Assembly (NCBI GenBank): GCA_963772455.1
Contig: CAVYXJ010000010.1
Span: 192,001 to 256,000 of the forward strand
Origin: Candidatus Bathyarchaeota archaeon
GTDB taxonomy: Archaea; Thermoproteota; Bathyarchaeia; Bathyarchaeales; Bathycorpusculaceae
Reading direction: 5' to 3'
DNA: 64,000 bases
Within the stretch, counting starts at the first letter, position 1. Each line of letters begins with the position of its first letter. The notes below the pieces were generated by a model. That model saw only the letters and a list, made by a program, of their open reading frames with translations. It was not told the DNA's origin and did not search any database. A program made the position numbers and the translations under genes. Shown here piece after piece: positions 31,068-42,970 of the stretch.

Positions 31068-32365
31068 ACAAAATGACAAACTATGTTGAAATAAAAGAAC
31101 ACAAAGAGAAAGCAAGAATCACACCCATAGAAGTATTCCCCGACCCAAAAGTCGCCATAGTCTTAACCTACCAACATACCGGAGCAATGAACAAACCTCT
31201 GGTCTCTGTTGGAGACACTGTTGCCATGGGACAAAAAATCGCAGACTCAAAAGAAAAAATAGCCGCTCCAGTACACAGCCCAATCTCCGGCAAAGTCATA
31301 AAAATCGGCGATATATACAACAGCTGCTACTCAGAATGCTCTGAAGCCATCTGGATTGAAAACGACAATAAAAACACAAAAGATAAGACACTAACACCCA
31401 TTGCTGAATCCGAACTTAAAAACACACCAAACGATGTTTTAATAAAACGAATACGGGACGCAGGTATCATAGGTTTAGGCGGTGCAGGATTTCCAACTAG
31501 CATAAAACTTTCAGTGCCCCAAGACAAACCAATAAAGACCCTTATCGTAAACGCTGCAGAAGGCGAACCATACGATACTGCCGACGAGAGGTTAATGATT
31601 GAAAAAGCTGAAAACCTACTTAGAGGCGTTAGAGTTGTTCGCAAAATCCTAGGAAACCCCAAAGTTATCGTTGCTACAAAAGTCAGCAAAATAGAAGCTG
31701 TACCTAAACTGGAAGCAGTCTTCGGCAAAGAACCAGACACACAAGTTATCGCTAAACACCTCAGTTACCAACAAGGTGACGCAAGCGTTCTCCAAAAAGC
31801 AATTTTGGGCTATGAACAACCACCAGGCAAACGCTCATACGAAAGCGGCACCATAGTGCAAAACGTTGCAACCCTAAACGCAATTGCAAACGCAGTTTTC
31901 GAAGGCGAACCATTAATCTCAAGAGTCACAACACTAAACGGCGACGTCAAAGAACCAAAGAACATACTTGTCAAAATAGGCACTCCAATAAGTAGCATCC
32001 TTAGCGCCTACAACGTCGACACAAACGACCTTAAGCAGGTAGTAGTTGGCGGCGTTATGATGGGAAACGCAATCCAAACAATCGAAGCTCCAATAACGAA
32101 ACGAACATCAAGCATAATCGTGTTCACTAAAAGTAAAAGCAAAAAAGACCAAAAGCAAACTGCATGTATACACTGCTCAAATTGCATTAGCTCTTGCCCA
32201 GTAAAATTGCATCCAATAATGATCTACGACGCTATCATGAAAGGCAATTTTGAAAAAGCGGAAAAACTATGGATGAAAGACTGCATAGCGTGTGGAACAT
32301 GTTCATTCGTTTGTCCAGCGAGACTGCCACTTTCAGGGATAATTTGCGGTTCGAAAAGCACTTGA
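31064..32365 (+). CDS. rnfC: RnfC (RsxC) flavin/Fe-S subunit
   Basis: QHTGA, PVHSPISGKV, GLGGAGFPT, NAAEGEPY, GGVMMG, CIHCSNCISSCP and CIACGTCSFVCP. Confidence 0.88.
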   Translation: MNKMTNYVEIKEHKEKARITPIEVFPDPKVAIVLTYQHTGAMNKPLVSVGDTVAMGQKIADSKEKIAAPVHSPISGKVIKIGDIYNSCYSECSEAIWIENDNKNTKDKTLTPIAESELKNTPNDVLIKRIRDAGIIGLGGAGFPTSIKLSVPQDKPIKTLIVNAAEGEPYDTADERLMIEKAENLLRGVRVVRKILGNPKVIVATKVSKIEAVPKLEAVFGKEPDTQVIAKHLSYQQGDASVLQKAILGYEQPPGKRSYESGTIVQNVATLNAIANAVFEGEPLISRVTTLNGDVKEPKNILVKIGTPISSILSAYNVDTNDLKQVVVGGVMMGNAIQTIEAPITKRTSSIIVFTKSKSKKDQKQTACIHCSNCISSCPVKLHPIMIYDAIMKGNFEKAEKLWMKDCIACGTCSFVCPARLPLSGIICGSKST

Positions 32366-32372
32366 AATAAAT

Positions 32373-32420
32373 AACCGTAAAAAATTACGGTTCCACAATT
32401 CTTTCTTTTATTATTTTTAA
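32373..32420 (+). terminator. Hairpin AACCGTAA-N4-TTACGGTT followed by T-rich tract after rnfC
   Basis: Perfect 8-bp inverted repeat at 32373-32392 just downstream of the stop codon. Confidence 0.45.
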
Positions 32421-32532
32421 TTGCAAAAATTAAAGAATTATTTTTAGATGACTTTTTTTGCTTTATGAATAACATAGTAAGCATTAAGCTTATATTCACG
32501 CCACAACGTAAAATAATTAAAAGGGATAAAAA

Positions 32533-33237
32533 TTGGAAACACCAAAATTTAAACTAGCAGACATACTCTACGGCATAATCATACCATTGATACTAGTGCT
32601 CTTGATCTATATTCTCGCAATCTACGTTAACCCTGGCGGACAATATCACGTACTCGGTACAGAAGGTTTCGTCGCCACACTCGGAGTCATCTTTTCTCAA
32701 GGCTTTGCCCAAATGATTGTTCTCGGCATACCATTAGTTCTTGGTTTGCTTTGGAACAAATGGGCTGGTGGAGCAGCAGGCTTCATCATGGGCGGCATGT
32801 ACTATGTAGCAGCTGCAGGTCTCTACAATGGATACTACGCAGGTGTAGCCGCAACAAATCCAGGCTATTCTGTTAATTTCTATGGCGACATCAGTATGCT
32901 CTTCTGGCTCGTCAACGGAGTCATCATTGGCTACGTCGCAGGATCACTAAACAACGGATCATCAAACTTCAAACGTATGCTAGGCGCAGGCTTAACCGCA
33001 TCAATCATGGTGGCAGTCCTCCAGTCATACTTGAACTACACAATTTCGCTTGACTTCAAACCCGCAGGCGGCGTGATGGGTCAATATTCTCCAAGAGGCA
33101 TGGCTCAAGGAGCTTGGGTAGCAGACCCTGTTAACGCCATCGTTATCAACTTCTTGCCAGGAATTCTCTTAGGCGTAATCGTACCAATACTAGCTAAAGT
33201 AATGACATGGTATGGTATGCAGCCACAGAGGCACTAA
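32533..33237 (+). CDS. Multi-TM membrane protein, ECF S-component-like
   Basis: About 6 TM helices and a Gly-rich WAGGAAGFIMG segment. Family assignment is tentative. Confidence 0.45.
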   Translation: METPKFKLADILYGIIIPLILVLLIYILAIYVNPGGQYHVLGTEGFVATLGVIFSQGFAQMIVLGIPLVLGLLWNKWAGGAAGFIMGGMYYVAAAGLYNGYYAGVAATNPGYSVNFYGDISMLFWLVNGVIIGYVAGSLNNGSSNFKRMLGAGLTASIMVAVLQSYLNYTISLDFKPAGGVMGQYSPRGMAQGAWVADPVNAIVINFLPGILLGVIVPILAKVMTWYGMQPQRH

Positions 33238-33354
33238 AACAATCCATTTCCTTTTCTTTTTTATTTTTTAAACCAATAAACTTGTTATTTTTAGCCAACT
33301 TTTGCTAATATAATATAGAATTTAAACAAAAATAGTTTATACAAAAAGGAAAAA

Positions 33355-34639
33355 TTATTTTGTTTGGTTAGGCGCGAATTCCCAAGCAATATTTCCCTTC
33401 CAAATTTCGCCCAGCTTGGTAATTCTGACTTCCTTATCGTCAATTTCAATTAGGCCCTTTTCTTTTAATTTTTCCAGCTGTTTTGGAAATACCTTTCTCT
33501 GGTGTTGTTCCAAATTTTTCCAGAAACTCTTTTTTGCTCACAGGCAATCGTAGGTAAAGCCGCGTCATTGTTCGTCGCATCATATCTTCATTTGTAGATT
33601 CCGAAAGTCTGCAGATAGGTAATTTTCCAGATTTTACCGTTTCCATATAATTATTTATATTTTCAATGTTAGAATATGAAAACTTTTGAAGATAACCCAT
33701 AAAGCAGCCCGCGCCTGTGGTCAATATTCCTCCCCATGGCCAACCATTAAGACAATTCTCACGCATATGCCACTCTACACGGCTGTAGCGATCATGACCC
33801 ACTGCCTTGTAGCCAGCATCCGTAAGCATCTTGTATGCAGCTAAAAACATTTCTTTTTCATACTCGGCATTGCCTTGGGGCGGAGAAGTACCGTCTTTAA
33901 TCATTTTTTCAAGAATCGTTCCAGGATCCACATGTAGAGAGTAAGCATCAACTTCAGCATCCAATTCAATGGTTTTCTTAAGGGTGCTAATCCAACTTTC
34001 CATAGTTTGACCTGGCAAATTATACATAAGGTCAACACAAACGACTAAACCAAGTTTTCTTGCATATTTAATTGCTTTTTCAACGTCGGCAGCACTATCT
34101 GGCAAGCACAAAGCTTTTCGCAATTTATCGTCAAATGTTTGGGCACCCATGTCCATTTGATAGACGCCGTATTTGGCTAGTTTCTCAATTTTTGGAAGTG
34201 CCAGAGTTTTTGATGACCCTGTGACTTTTATAAAATATTCTTTGCTAGTGTTAAAGTTAGCTTTGCAGAAATCGATTAAATCAATTATTTGCTCTGCGCT
34301 AAGTACACTGGGGGTTCCGCCTCCCAAGACGATTTCGTCAAAGACGCTTGTTTTTACATATTTTGTTTTAGCGTACATAGCTAATTCTTTTTTAAGTAAG
34401 TCAAGATACGGTTCAAGCTGTACTTTGCTTGAAGCTGTAGTTGGAAAATAGCAGAAAGCACATTTTGAGTCACAAACTGAAACCCATGGTTGCAACTCCA
34501 TTAACCTGCCTGAAGTGTTCTCAGTGCTTAAGAACTTCATGAAGGCTTCATACGCCTCAGGCTTTATACCCGGATAATCTCGGTACGTATACGGCGGCCA
34601 GTTTTCTCTTGTACCGTAAGCTTCAGAGGTTTTTGTCAT
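33355..34639 (-). CDS. HemN-like (class C) radical SAM enzyme (frameshift near 33495)
   Basis: VCDSKCAFC, GGGTPS, GAQTF and DLMYNLPGQT. The corrected C-terminus continues VFPKQLEKLKEKGLIEIDDKEVRITKLG to a stop at 33355. Confidence 0.85.
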
Positions 34640-34862
34640 CTAAAGGATCCTCTTGATGTAGTTTTAGAAACCGTTCGAATATGTTATAAAGTTTCCGCAA
34701 AAATATCTGGTAAGGAGATAAGTAAATTTTTGGAATGCTTTAATTTTTAGAACTTTTTTAGATGATAAAGTTGTTGGTGTTTTTGAGGGATTTATGAAAT
34801 ATGCATAGTTTTATAAACAAATCGTAAGATAAACATCGCATACAATTAAGGAGTAAGAAAAA

Positions 34863-37600
34863 ATGCAGAAAAATAAAATAGCAACTATTGCAATTTGCAT
34901 AATACTATTGGTTTCAATGTTAGGAGCTTTATCAACCTTAACAAGCGCGCACACACCTTCTTGGACTATTCCAACGTTTCCCCACATCTATGTTGCAACC
35001 GATCCGATAGGCGTTGGTCAAAAGGCATCAATTTACATGTTTGTGACACCAACATATGCCGATACACAAATACTTAACGACTACAGATTCCGTAACTACA
35101 AACTCATCATCACAGCGCCCAGCGGGGCAGTGACAGAACAGAATTTCCCCTATATTGTGGACACGACATCTAACCAGGGTACATCATTTGTTCCCAATGA
35201 AGTCGGCACATACAACTTGACTTTCATATTCCCTGAACAAAAGGTCAACGACTACTCACATTTGCCGGGCTCTGCGTTCGAAAACGATACTTATATGGGC
35301 GGTACTGCATCAGCAACTCTCACGGTCACGCAGGAACCAGTGCTGGAAATTTCTTATCCTCCACTCCCAACGGAATACTGGACACGACCGATCTTTGGTG
35401 AAAATACAATGTGGAACGTAATTTCATCAAACTGGTTAGGTGGCGGCATGCCAGGTTATGGCGGGTCAACTGGGCCAAACCAACGAGTCTTCTCAGGTGA
35501 TTCCATAGGTTCTTTAACGTCGCACATCATGTGGACTAAGACTCTTGATCAACCTGGAGGAGTAGCCGGCGGAAACAACTTTGATATCCCAGGAAGCACG
35601 TGGTTCGAAGGTACAGCTTATTCACAAAGATACGTCAACCCGATAATTGTAGCTGGAAGACTATACTACCAAGAACCCCTATTCTCAACTGGCACCGGCA
35701 CTGAGCCGGATCAGGTCCAGCAGGTCCCACAGTATGCGTTGACTTGTTCACAGGTAAAGAAGTCTGGCGACGAGCCGATGTACCCGCATTATCATTTGCA
35801 TACGTACAAGACATGCAAAACCCCGACTACCACGGAGTTCGCCCAGCAATGCTCGCGACAACCAACTTTGCCCAAGTATACGATGCAGCCACAGGGACAA
35901 ACGTATTCAACGTAAGCAATGTTCCCAGCGGCACAAACGTCGTCGGTCCAAACGGAGAAGTCATAAAATACATGTTCGTCAACAACGGCACAAATGCAAG
36001 CCCCGCTTACTATCTATGTCAATGGAACTCAAGCAGGTTCTGGGGACAAGGTAGCATGCAGCAACTAAACCTGCAGACTGTCACTCAAAGCACAACAGTA
36101 AACGTTTCGCAGACAACCTACGTTAACGGAGTTTCAACGACCACAATCACACCAGTAACATCAACATCCACATTTGTGAATGCCAGCAGAGCCATAATGT
36201 ATGATACCATAAATTCAGTAACCCCCGCAGACCAGAACGTATCAATATCTTGGCGCAACAACCAACCTGGAAACCCAAGTATAGTAGGAGCAATCTATGG
36301 TGACATTTTGCTTTGCATGAACGGTTCACGCCCAACCTCACTAGCACCGACCGGCAATAATCCATACAACTACTTTGCAGTTAATCTCAACGCCTCCGTT
36401 GGACCAATCGGCCAAGTTCTGTGGAGAAACACTGTACAACCCCAGGTAGATCCGAAAGATGGCAACATTACAAACGTCTCATTCGCAGGACTTGACAAAG
36501 CTGGTTACTTCTGTGAATCCTACAGGCAAACCTCTCAATTCGCATTCTTTAACCTACGAACAGGCGAATTCATCAAATTGAGCGACCCACAACCAGCCCT
36601 TGACTACTATGGCAGCACTGGATCCGGCTCGCTGCACAACGTCGTTGCTTTTGGTCGAGTCTACTCAGGCGCATACTCTGGTATATTGTACTGCTATGAT
36701 ATGGCAACTGGCAATGTACTTTGGACATACGGTAACGGCGGCGTTCCTGGCAACAACACAGACAGTGGCTTGGAAGTTCCAGGTCATTACCCAATCTTCG
36801 TCAAAGCTATTGGCGGTAGAAACCTTAACGACGGAGTCATCTACACTATTGTCACAGAGCACACTTTTGCAACACCAATCTACAAGAATGCATTAACACG
36901 AGCAATTAACGCATCTGACGGAAGCGAAATTTATACATTCACTGCAGTCACAGGCGAATTTGGCGCTGGCAGCTTTGCCATAGCCGACAGCTACACCAAC
37001 TTCTTCAACAGCTATGACTCAAGAATCTACACCCTCGGCAAAGGACCCAGCGAAACTACAGTCACAGTTGGTCCTAAGAGTTCAACAATCGGCGGTAACG
37101 TAGTAATTGAAGGTTCAGTCACAGATGTTTCCGTAGGTTTACAGACCACTGAGATACAAGGACGCTTTCCAGCAGGTGTTCCAGTTTGCTCTGACAGCAG
37201 CATGAAAGACTGGATGGCTTATATCCACCAGCAACAGCCGAAACCAGCCAGCTTCACAGGTGTTAACGTGAACATTGTCCTTATAGACTCAAACGGCAAC
37301 TACCAAGGTCCATTCACAACAACCACTGACAGCGAAGGGTACTACAGCCTAACATATACACCAAACATTTCAGGCGACTTCAAGGTTTACGCATACTTCG
37401 ACGGTACTAACGGTTACTGGCCATCCAATACAGAAACCACATTCAATATGGTGGAATCACCAGCAACACCTACTCCAGCCGCAACCGCAGCTCCATCAAT
37501 GGCTGATCAATACTTCCTACCTATGTCAGCAGCCATAATTGTCGCAATAGTTGTAATCGGTGCATTACTAGCTCTATTGATGCTAAGAAAACGACCCTAA
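34863..37600 (+). CDS. Large secreted, C-terminally anchored PQQ-type beta-propeller surface protein A (frameshift near 35705)
   Basis: Signal peptide, LPTEYWTRPI, YSQRYVNPIIV, GILYCYDMATGNVLWTYG, PT-rich linker, TM helix and RKRP. AAGGAG SD. Confidence 0.8.
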
Positions 37601-37601
37601 T

Positions 37602-37637
37602 AAGGTCAAATCAACCTTTTTCTTTTTTTGTTTTTTA
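37602..37637 (+). terminator. Hairpin plus poly-T terminator
   Basis: AAGGT-N7-ACCTT followed by long T tracts. Confidence 0.5.
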
Positions 37638-37698
37638 AAAATTAGAAACCAGATATTTTAAATTCAATCAATAAAAGAATTATCTTTATAAGAAATTT

Positions 37699-39105
37699 TT
37701 AAAGTAGGTTTTTCGCTCGCCAAAGCATATAATTAGCAGCGGTTCGAGTCATTATTTTACTGTACAAATTACCCTTCAAATAGCCTTTCACTGCTTGTCG
37801 CATGACATATTTTGGTGAATAGAACTTGTTATAGAAGTTCTTGCGCATCGCTGCTATTTCTTTGGCAGGTAGTGCGGGGTCTTCAAAAATTGGGTTCATT
37901 GTATTGTAGAGTTCCCACTTTTCAGACATTTTCCATCCATTCTTCTCAACTATCTCGCGAAGGCATGTTCCAGGATAAGGAGTTGCATGGCAAAGCCACA
38001 CGTCATCTGGTTCTACTTTGCGAACAAAATCTAATGTTTCCTGCAGTGTTTCTTTGGTTTCGCCAGGATAACCCAAGATAACTGAGACGGTGACGAATAT
38101 GCCTGCTTCTTTGGTCCATTTAATTGCATTCTCAATTTGTTCAGTTGAAACTCTTTTCTTTAATATGTCGCGCATCCGTTGGCAACCCGCTTCTACACCA
38201 AACATGGTTTCGCTGCAGTGAGCTTTGCTCATTTTGGCTAAAACTTCTTTAGTGACAACATCAGCCCGTGTTCCACAACCCCATGGCAAATTGATTTTTC
38301 TTTCAATTATTCCATCGCATATGTCCATTGTACGTTTCTTATCAAAAGTTAAGGTGTCATCTTGGAAGGCTATCCCTTCAGCTCCATATTCATCTCTGAG
38401 CCATTCTAACTCGTCAAGAACGTTTTTTGGACTTCTTGCTCTGAATTGTGAGCCGAACATTTGGGTAGCAACGCAGAAGGGACACTGGAAAGGGCAGCCT
38501 CTGCTGCTGATTATTGGCAGGAGGTTTTTTCCTGTGATGTTGTATTTTTCCATTGGAAGATACTTGTAGGCTGGTCGTGGTAGGGAATCGAGGTCTTGGA
38601 TGAATTGTCGTTGATCAGTTTTTATTATTTGGTTGTCTTTTCGAAAGGTTATTCCTTTTATTTCGCCAAGTGGAATTTGCTTGGCTATTTCAACTATTGT
38701 TTCTTCTCCCTCTCCCCTCACGATTAAATCAACAGCTTTTTCAGTGCTGAGAATTTCTGCGTCCGCAAAAGTTGCATGCGGTCCACCCATCACAACTTTA
38801 GAGTCTGGGCAGGTCTCTTTTGCTATTCGAGCACATTTGAGTGCTGATTCAATGGTGGGAGTCATGGAGCCAACGCCTACTATTGTAGGTTGGAAATTTT
38901 CCAGTTCGGTTTTGATTTTTTGGTGATCAAAATCAAGGACGGGGGAATCAATGATTTTTACTTCAAAACCGTTTTGCTCAAGTACTGCTGCCATATAGGC
39001 TAAGCCTAAAGGAGGAAAAAGCGGATGATGCGCAACCTTCTCTAACAGTGGCGGAGTTACCAACGCTACTTTAGTTTTAGTTGCATTCATCACAATACCA
39101 GTCAA
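37699..39105 (-). CDS. Cobalamin-dependent radical SAM enzyme (class B) #3
   Basis: PPLGLAYMAA, GGPHAT, SSRGCPFQCPFC, FQDD and PYPGT. Confidence 0.9.
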   Translation of the reverse strand: MTGIVMNATKTKVALVTPPLLEKVAHHPLFPPLGLAYMAAVLEQNGFEVKIIDSPVLDFDHQKIKTELENFQPTIVGVGSMTPTIESALKCARIAKETCPDSKVVMGGPHATFADAEILSTEKAVDLIVRGEGEETIVEIAKQIPLGEIKGITFRKDNQIIKTDQRQFIQDLDSLPRPAYKYLPMEKYNITGKNLLPIISSRGCPFQCPFCVATQMFGSQFRARSPKNVLDELEWLRDEYGAEGIAFQDDTLTFDKKRTMDICDGIIERKINLPWGCGTRADVVTKEVLAKMSKAHCSETMFGVEAGCQRMRDILKKRVSTEQIENAIKWTKEAGIFVTVSVILGYPGETKETLQETLDFVRKVEPDDVWLCHATPYPGTCLREIVEKNGWKMSEKWELYNTMNPIFEDPALPAKEIAAMRKNFYNKFYSPKYVMRQAVKGYLKGNLYSKIMTRTAANYMLWRAKNLL

Positions 39106-39107
39106 TG

Positions 39108-40202
39108 CTATTTTTTACGTAAGCTCTCAGGTATATAGGCGCATGCTGGATCAGATTCAGTGATGTCGCCTGTGTAAGCGTACGCTCGATTTCTGCATCC
39201 GCCGCAAATTTCACGATATTCGCAGACGCCGCATTTGCCTTTCAATACGTTTCGATCTTGGAATTTATTATAGTACTTGGAAGCTTTGATTTCATCCCAT
39301 GCCGTGGATAAACTTTTGCTTCGTATGTTTCCTAGCATCATAGGTTCGGACGGTTGTAGGTCAGTGTAAAAGCACGGAATCAAATCGCCATTTTCGGTTA
39401 CGCTAAGGTATCCTCCAAAGGCGAAGTAGGTGCATTTGCCATGAAATTCTTTTTCGTACCATTCGTCGAACTCTTTTTCGGGGATTCTCTGTTTTACTAC
39501 CCTAGAAAAGTGTGGGCAGTGAACATGAACTTCAAATTTGCCTCTGTATTTGGTTGTTATATCCCAGATGTGGTTGAGTACCCATTCGTATTGTTCTGGA
39601 GTGGGCGTTAGGTCCATTGTGGCTTTTGCCCGTCCACTGGGCACAAGATGATTGTACCAAACAAAGTTTGCATGATATTTATCAGCTAATTCGGCAACGT
39701 GGTCAAGGTGCTTGTAATTTATAGTTGTGATAGCGCAAGCTAAACCGTTGAGAATTTTGCCCTTAGACAATTTTTCGATTGCAGCAAGAGCTTTCTTGTA
39801 TGAGCCTTCTCCGCGTAGTTGATCATTAATTTCTTCAGGTCCATCGATGCTTACTGAAGTCCAAACTTGATTTTTTACCAAGTTATCATATATTTTTCCA
39901 TCAACAAAGACCCCGTTGGTTAATAGACAGACGTTTAAGCCTTTATTTTTGGCATAAGTCACAATTTCAAAAATATCAGGGCGTGTTAAGGGTTCGCCGC
40001 CTTTTATGCCAAACCATCTTACTCCAAAGCTTTTAACTTCATCAACTAAGTGAAAGGCTTCTTGGGTTGTCATTTCTCTTAGAGAATGCGAGCCTGTCGC
40101 GTCGACGTTGCAGTATTTGCAGCGAGCATTGCAAGCGCCTGTTGCTCTCCAAGAAGTCATAAGTAAAGGACCCTTCTTCTCTGTCAAGTAAAATCCCCTC
40201 AA
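39108..40202 (-). CDS. Radical SAM/SPASM protein #2
   Basis: CNARCKYC and GGEPL. SPASM ...GDLIPC...GNI...CGVCEYREICGGCRNRA...DPAC. Paralog of 27945..29071. Confidence 0.9.
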   Translation of the reverse strand: MRGFYLTEKKGPLLMTSWRATGACNARCKYCNVDATGSHSLREMTTQEAFHLVDEVKSFGVRWFGIKGGEPLTRPDIFEIVTYAKNKGLNVCLLTNGVFVDGKIYDNLVKNQVWTSVSIDGPEEINDQLRGEGSYKKALAAIEKLSKGKILNGLACAITTINYKHLDHVAELADKYHANFVWYNHLVPSGRAKATMDLTPTPEQYEWVLNHIWDITTKYRGKFEVHVHCPHFSRVVKQRIPEKEFDEWYEKEFHGKCTYFAFGGYLSVTENGDLIPCFYTDLQPSEPMMLGNIRSKSLSTAWDEIKASKYYNKFQDRNVLKGKCGVCEYREICGGCRNRAYAYTGDITESDPACAYIPESLRKK

Positions 40203-40398
40203 GTTCCCTTCAATAATTCATTGTTTACTTTAAGGGTTCTTTTCGTGTTAAAAAAGATTGTGCGATTATTGTTTTATTCGGTTTTTTAATCTTTTTTTCA
40301 ATCTTTCTTGATAATTAAGATTTTTATACTTGATTTGTTGTTTTCCGCAAAGTTTATAGTGAAACAAACATCCTAATCATTCATTCTCGGGGGCTAGG

Positions 40399-42970
40399 AT
40401 TTCAACGCAAGTTAAAATCAAAGTTGCATTTATCTTGGCATTGTTGCTTATTTCATCAATTTTTGCAGTTTTCTCTTTACAATCAAATTCAAACCTCGTA
40501 AATGCACAAACAAGCGTTAGTGCAACTTCCACAAATCCTAATCTACTCCAATATGAGTGGCCACAATTCATGGGTGATTCTTCTTTCTCTCGTTTTTCAG
40601 CTGGACCCGCCCCAAATACCCCTGACATACTTTGGAAAGCCAACGTCTCAGGCATACAAACCTACCTTTCGGCTTTTAATGGTATGATCTACATAGGAAC
40701 CAACACATCAGTAGTTGCACTCAACCAACAAACCGGCAGCCAAATATGGAAGACAGATATTCCAATGCCGAAACCTTGGCCAATAGCCTATAAAATTGAT
40801 GATTCACACATGATTGTGGAAAGCACATGTCTTGACCCGAAAACAGGCAGAATACTTTGGACTAGCCCCGATTTCTGTGAGGATACGGGCATTTTCAGTG
40901 CCAACGTTTACAGTCCAGAAGAAAAAATGTTCTACATAAAAGTTGACTCGTATACTGAAGGCTGGAGTTTTGCGAATCCCTCAAACCCGCCAACGATGGT
41001 TTGGAGAACTTATGTGCCAGGCGGAGGCAGAACTGGAATCGGGACAACCTATGGAGAAGGGTTGGTTTTCCCTGGGTCTTTTGAGAACCAACAGATGGCA
41101 CTTGACGCAAAAACAGGTGCAGTTGTTTGGACGACTCTCACCAAGGGACCCATGATTTTTGACGGCGCTTATTCAGATGGAATGTTTCTACGTGGAGGCA
41201 CAGACGACAATACAATGTATTGTTTTAACGCTGCAGACGGCAAGATTCTATGGACATATACTCCAAATACAGATGGATATTTTACCACAGGTCCCGCAAT
41301 CGCTTATGGCAATGTTTATGAACTTAACAAAGACGGCAACCTCTATGCTATTGACTTGGCAACTGGGCAAACTTGCATGGAAATATCAAGGACCAGGCAC
41401 ACTTCTTTGGCCAGGATATCCTACAGTTGCCGACGGCAAGGTTTATGCCACAACTGGGCAAGCCGCGCAGTATGGTGGTGCCGTTGGTACTTCCGAGTTT
41501 GTCTGCTTAAACGCTTACAATGGACAACTTATCTGGAAGCTTCCTATCGAAGCGTTAGCTCCAAGAGAATCAGTTGCAGTGGCTTATGGACATCTATATC
41601 TGATTCCAGGAACTGTAACCGATGCTGTTGACGCCACTTCAGGAAGCGAATACAACAGTTTCAACCAAGTATGGGCAATAGGAACTCCTGATATCCCGAC
41701 TAGTGACTGGCCAATGTGGCGCGCTGACGCATCTCATTCTTCGACGGCTCAAACTGGACCTTCAAACCTGTCTTTAGCTTGGCAATTCACGACAAACGGT
41801 TCAGTTATCTCTTCTCCCAGTGTTGTAAATGGAATAGTCTACGTTGGGTCCCAAGACAAAAGCATTTATGCTTTGGGTGCATGGAGCGGGAATTTAATTT
41901 GGAAATATACTACCCAAGATGCTCAAGTGTCTTCACCAGCAATTGCAAATGGTAAAGTTTACACGGGCGGTGATGATGGCTATGTTTACTGTCTTGACGC
42001 TTACAATGGAGCATTGAATTGGAAGACTTTTGTCAATGGCGACTTACCTTACACTTATGGGTCGTTTGTTTACAAATCGTCACCAGCGGTATCCGACGGC
42101 AGAGTCTTTGTTGGGTCTTTGGATGGTTTTATGTATGCACTTGACGCAAACAGTGGTAGCGTTATTTGGAAGTTCAAGACTGAAGGACCAATTCTTTCTT
42201 CGCCAGCGATTAATAGTGGCGCAGTTTACTTTACCTCAGAAGAACCCAATATTGCGTCTTTGTACAAAGTAGATGCCGCAAGCGGTTCTTTGGTATGGAA
42301 ATATCCAATTCCCTATGAATACCAATTTACGGGAGGCACTGAAATGATTGGTTCACCTTCAGTTGCAGATGGTATGGTATTTGCATCCTCGGACCTTAGA
42401 ACTTACTATGCTGTAAATACAAATACAGGCGAAACCATATGGACTTTCCGCGATCCAGACGCAATGGAATTCATAGCTTCCTCACCAATTTACGTAAACG
42501 GACAACTCTATATCATTGACAAGTTTAGCATGACATCCCTAAACGCAACCAACGGACACACAAACTGGAGCTTCTTCACAGGTGACGAACTATACGCTTC
42601 ACCATCTTACGCTGACGGCAAGATCTACATGATGACCAGCCAACGCCATATTTACGTTCTTGACGCAAACAATAACGGGGCAAAGCTCGCAAGCTACACT
42701 ACACCATCAGGAAGCTGGTCCTCCCCAACCTTAGCTAACGAAAGATTGTACATAGGAAACCACGATTGGAACGTATACTGCTTCGCAAACACAATAACTG
42801 CTACAGTCAACTCGCCTGCAGAAAATAATTTAACTCCACCTTCTCCTGCAATAATAATTGCGCTCATAGCAGCAATCGTAGCTTTGTCTATTGTGACGGT
42901 TTTTTATTTTAGTAGAAAAATTCGAAAACTAGCAAACCAAAAGGAACCACTTAAACTGTCTTCTCAATAA
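40399..42970 (+). CDS. Secreted double PQQ/BamB-type beta-propeller protein with a C-terminal TM anchor (frameshift near 41367; start ATT 40399 or TTG 40435)
   Basis: Two WPxF/M domain starts, many SSPxVxxGxVYVGSxDxxxYALDA...W repeats, C-terminal TM and basic tail. Confidence 0.8.
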
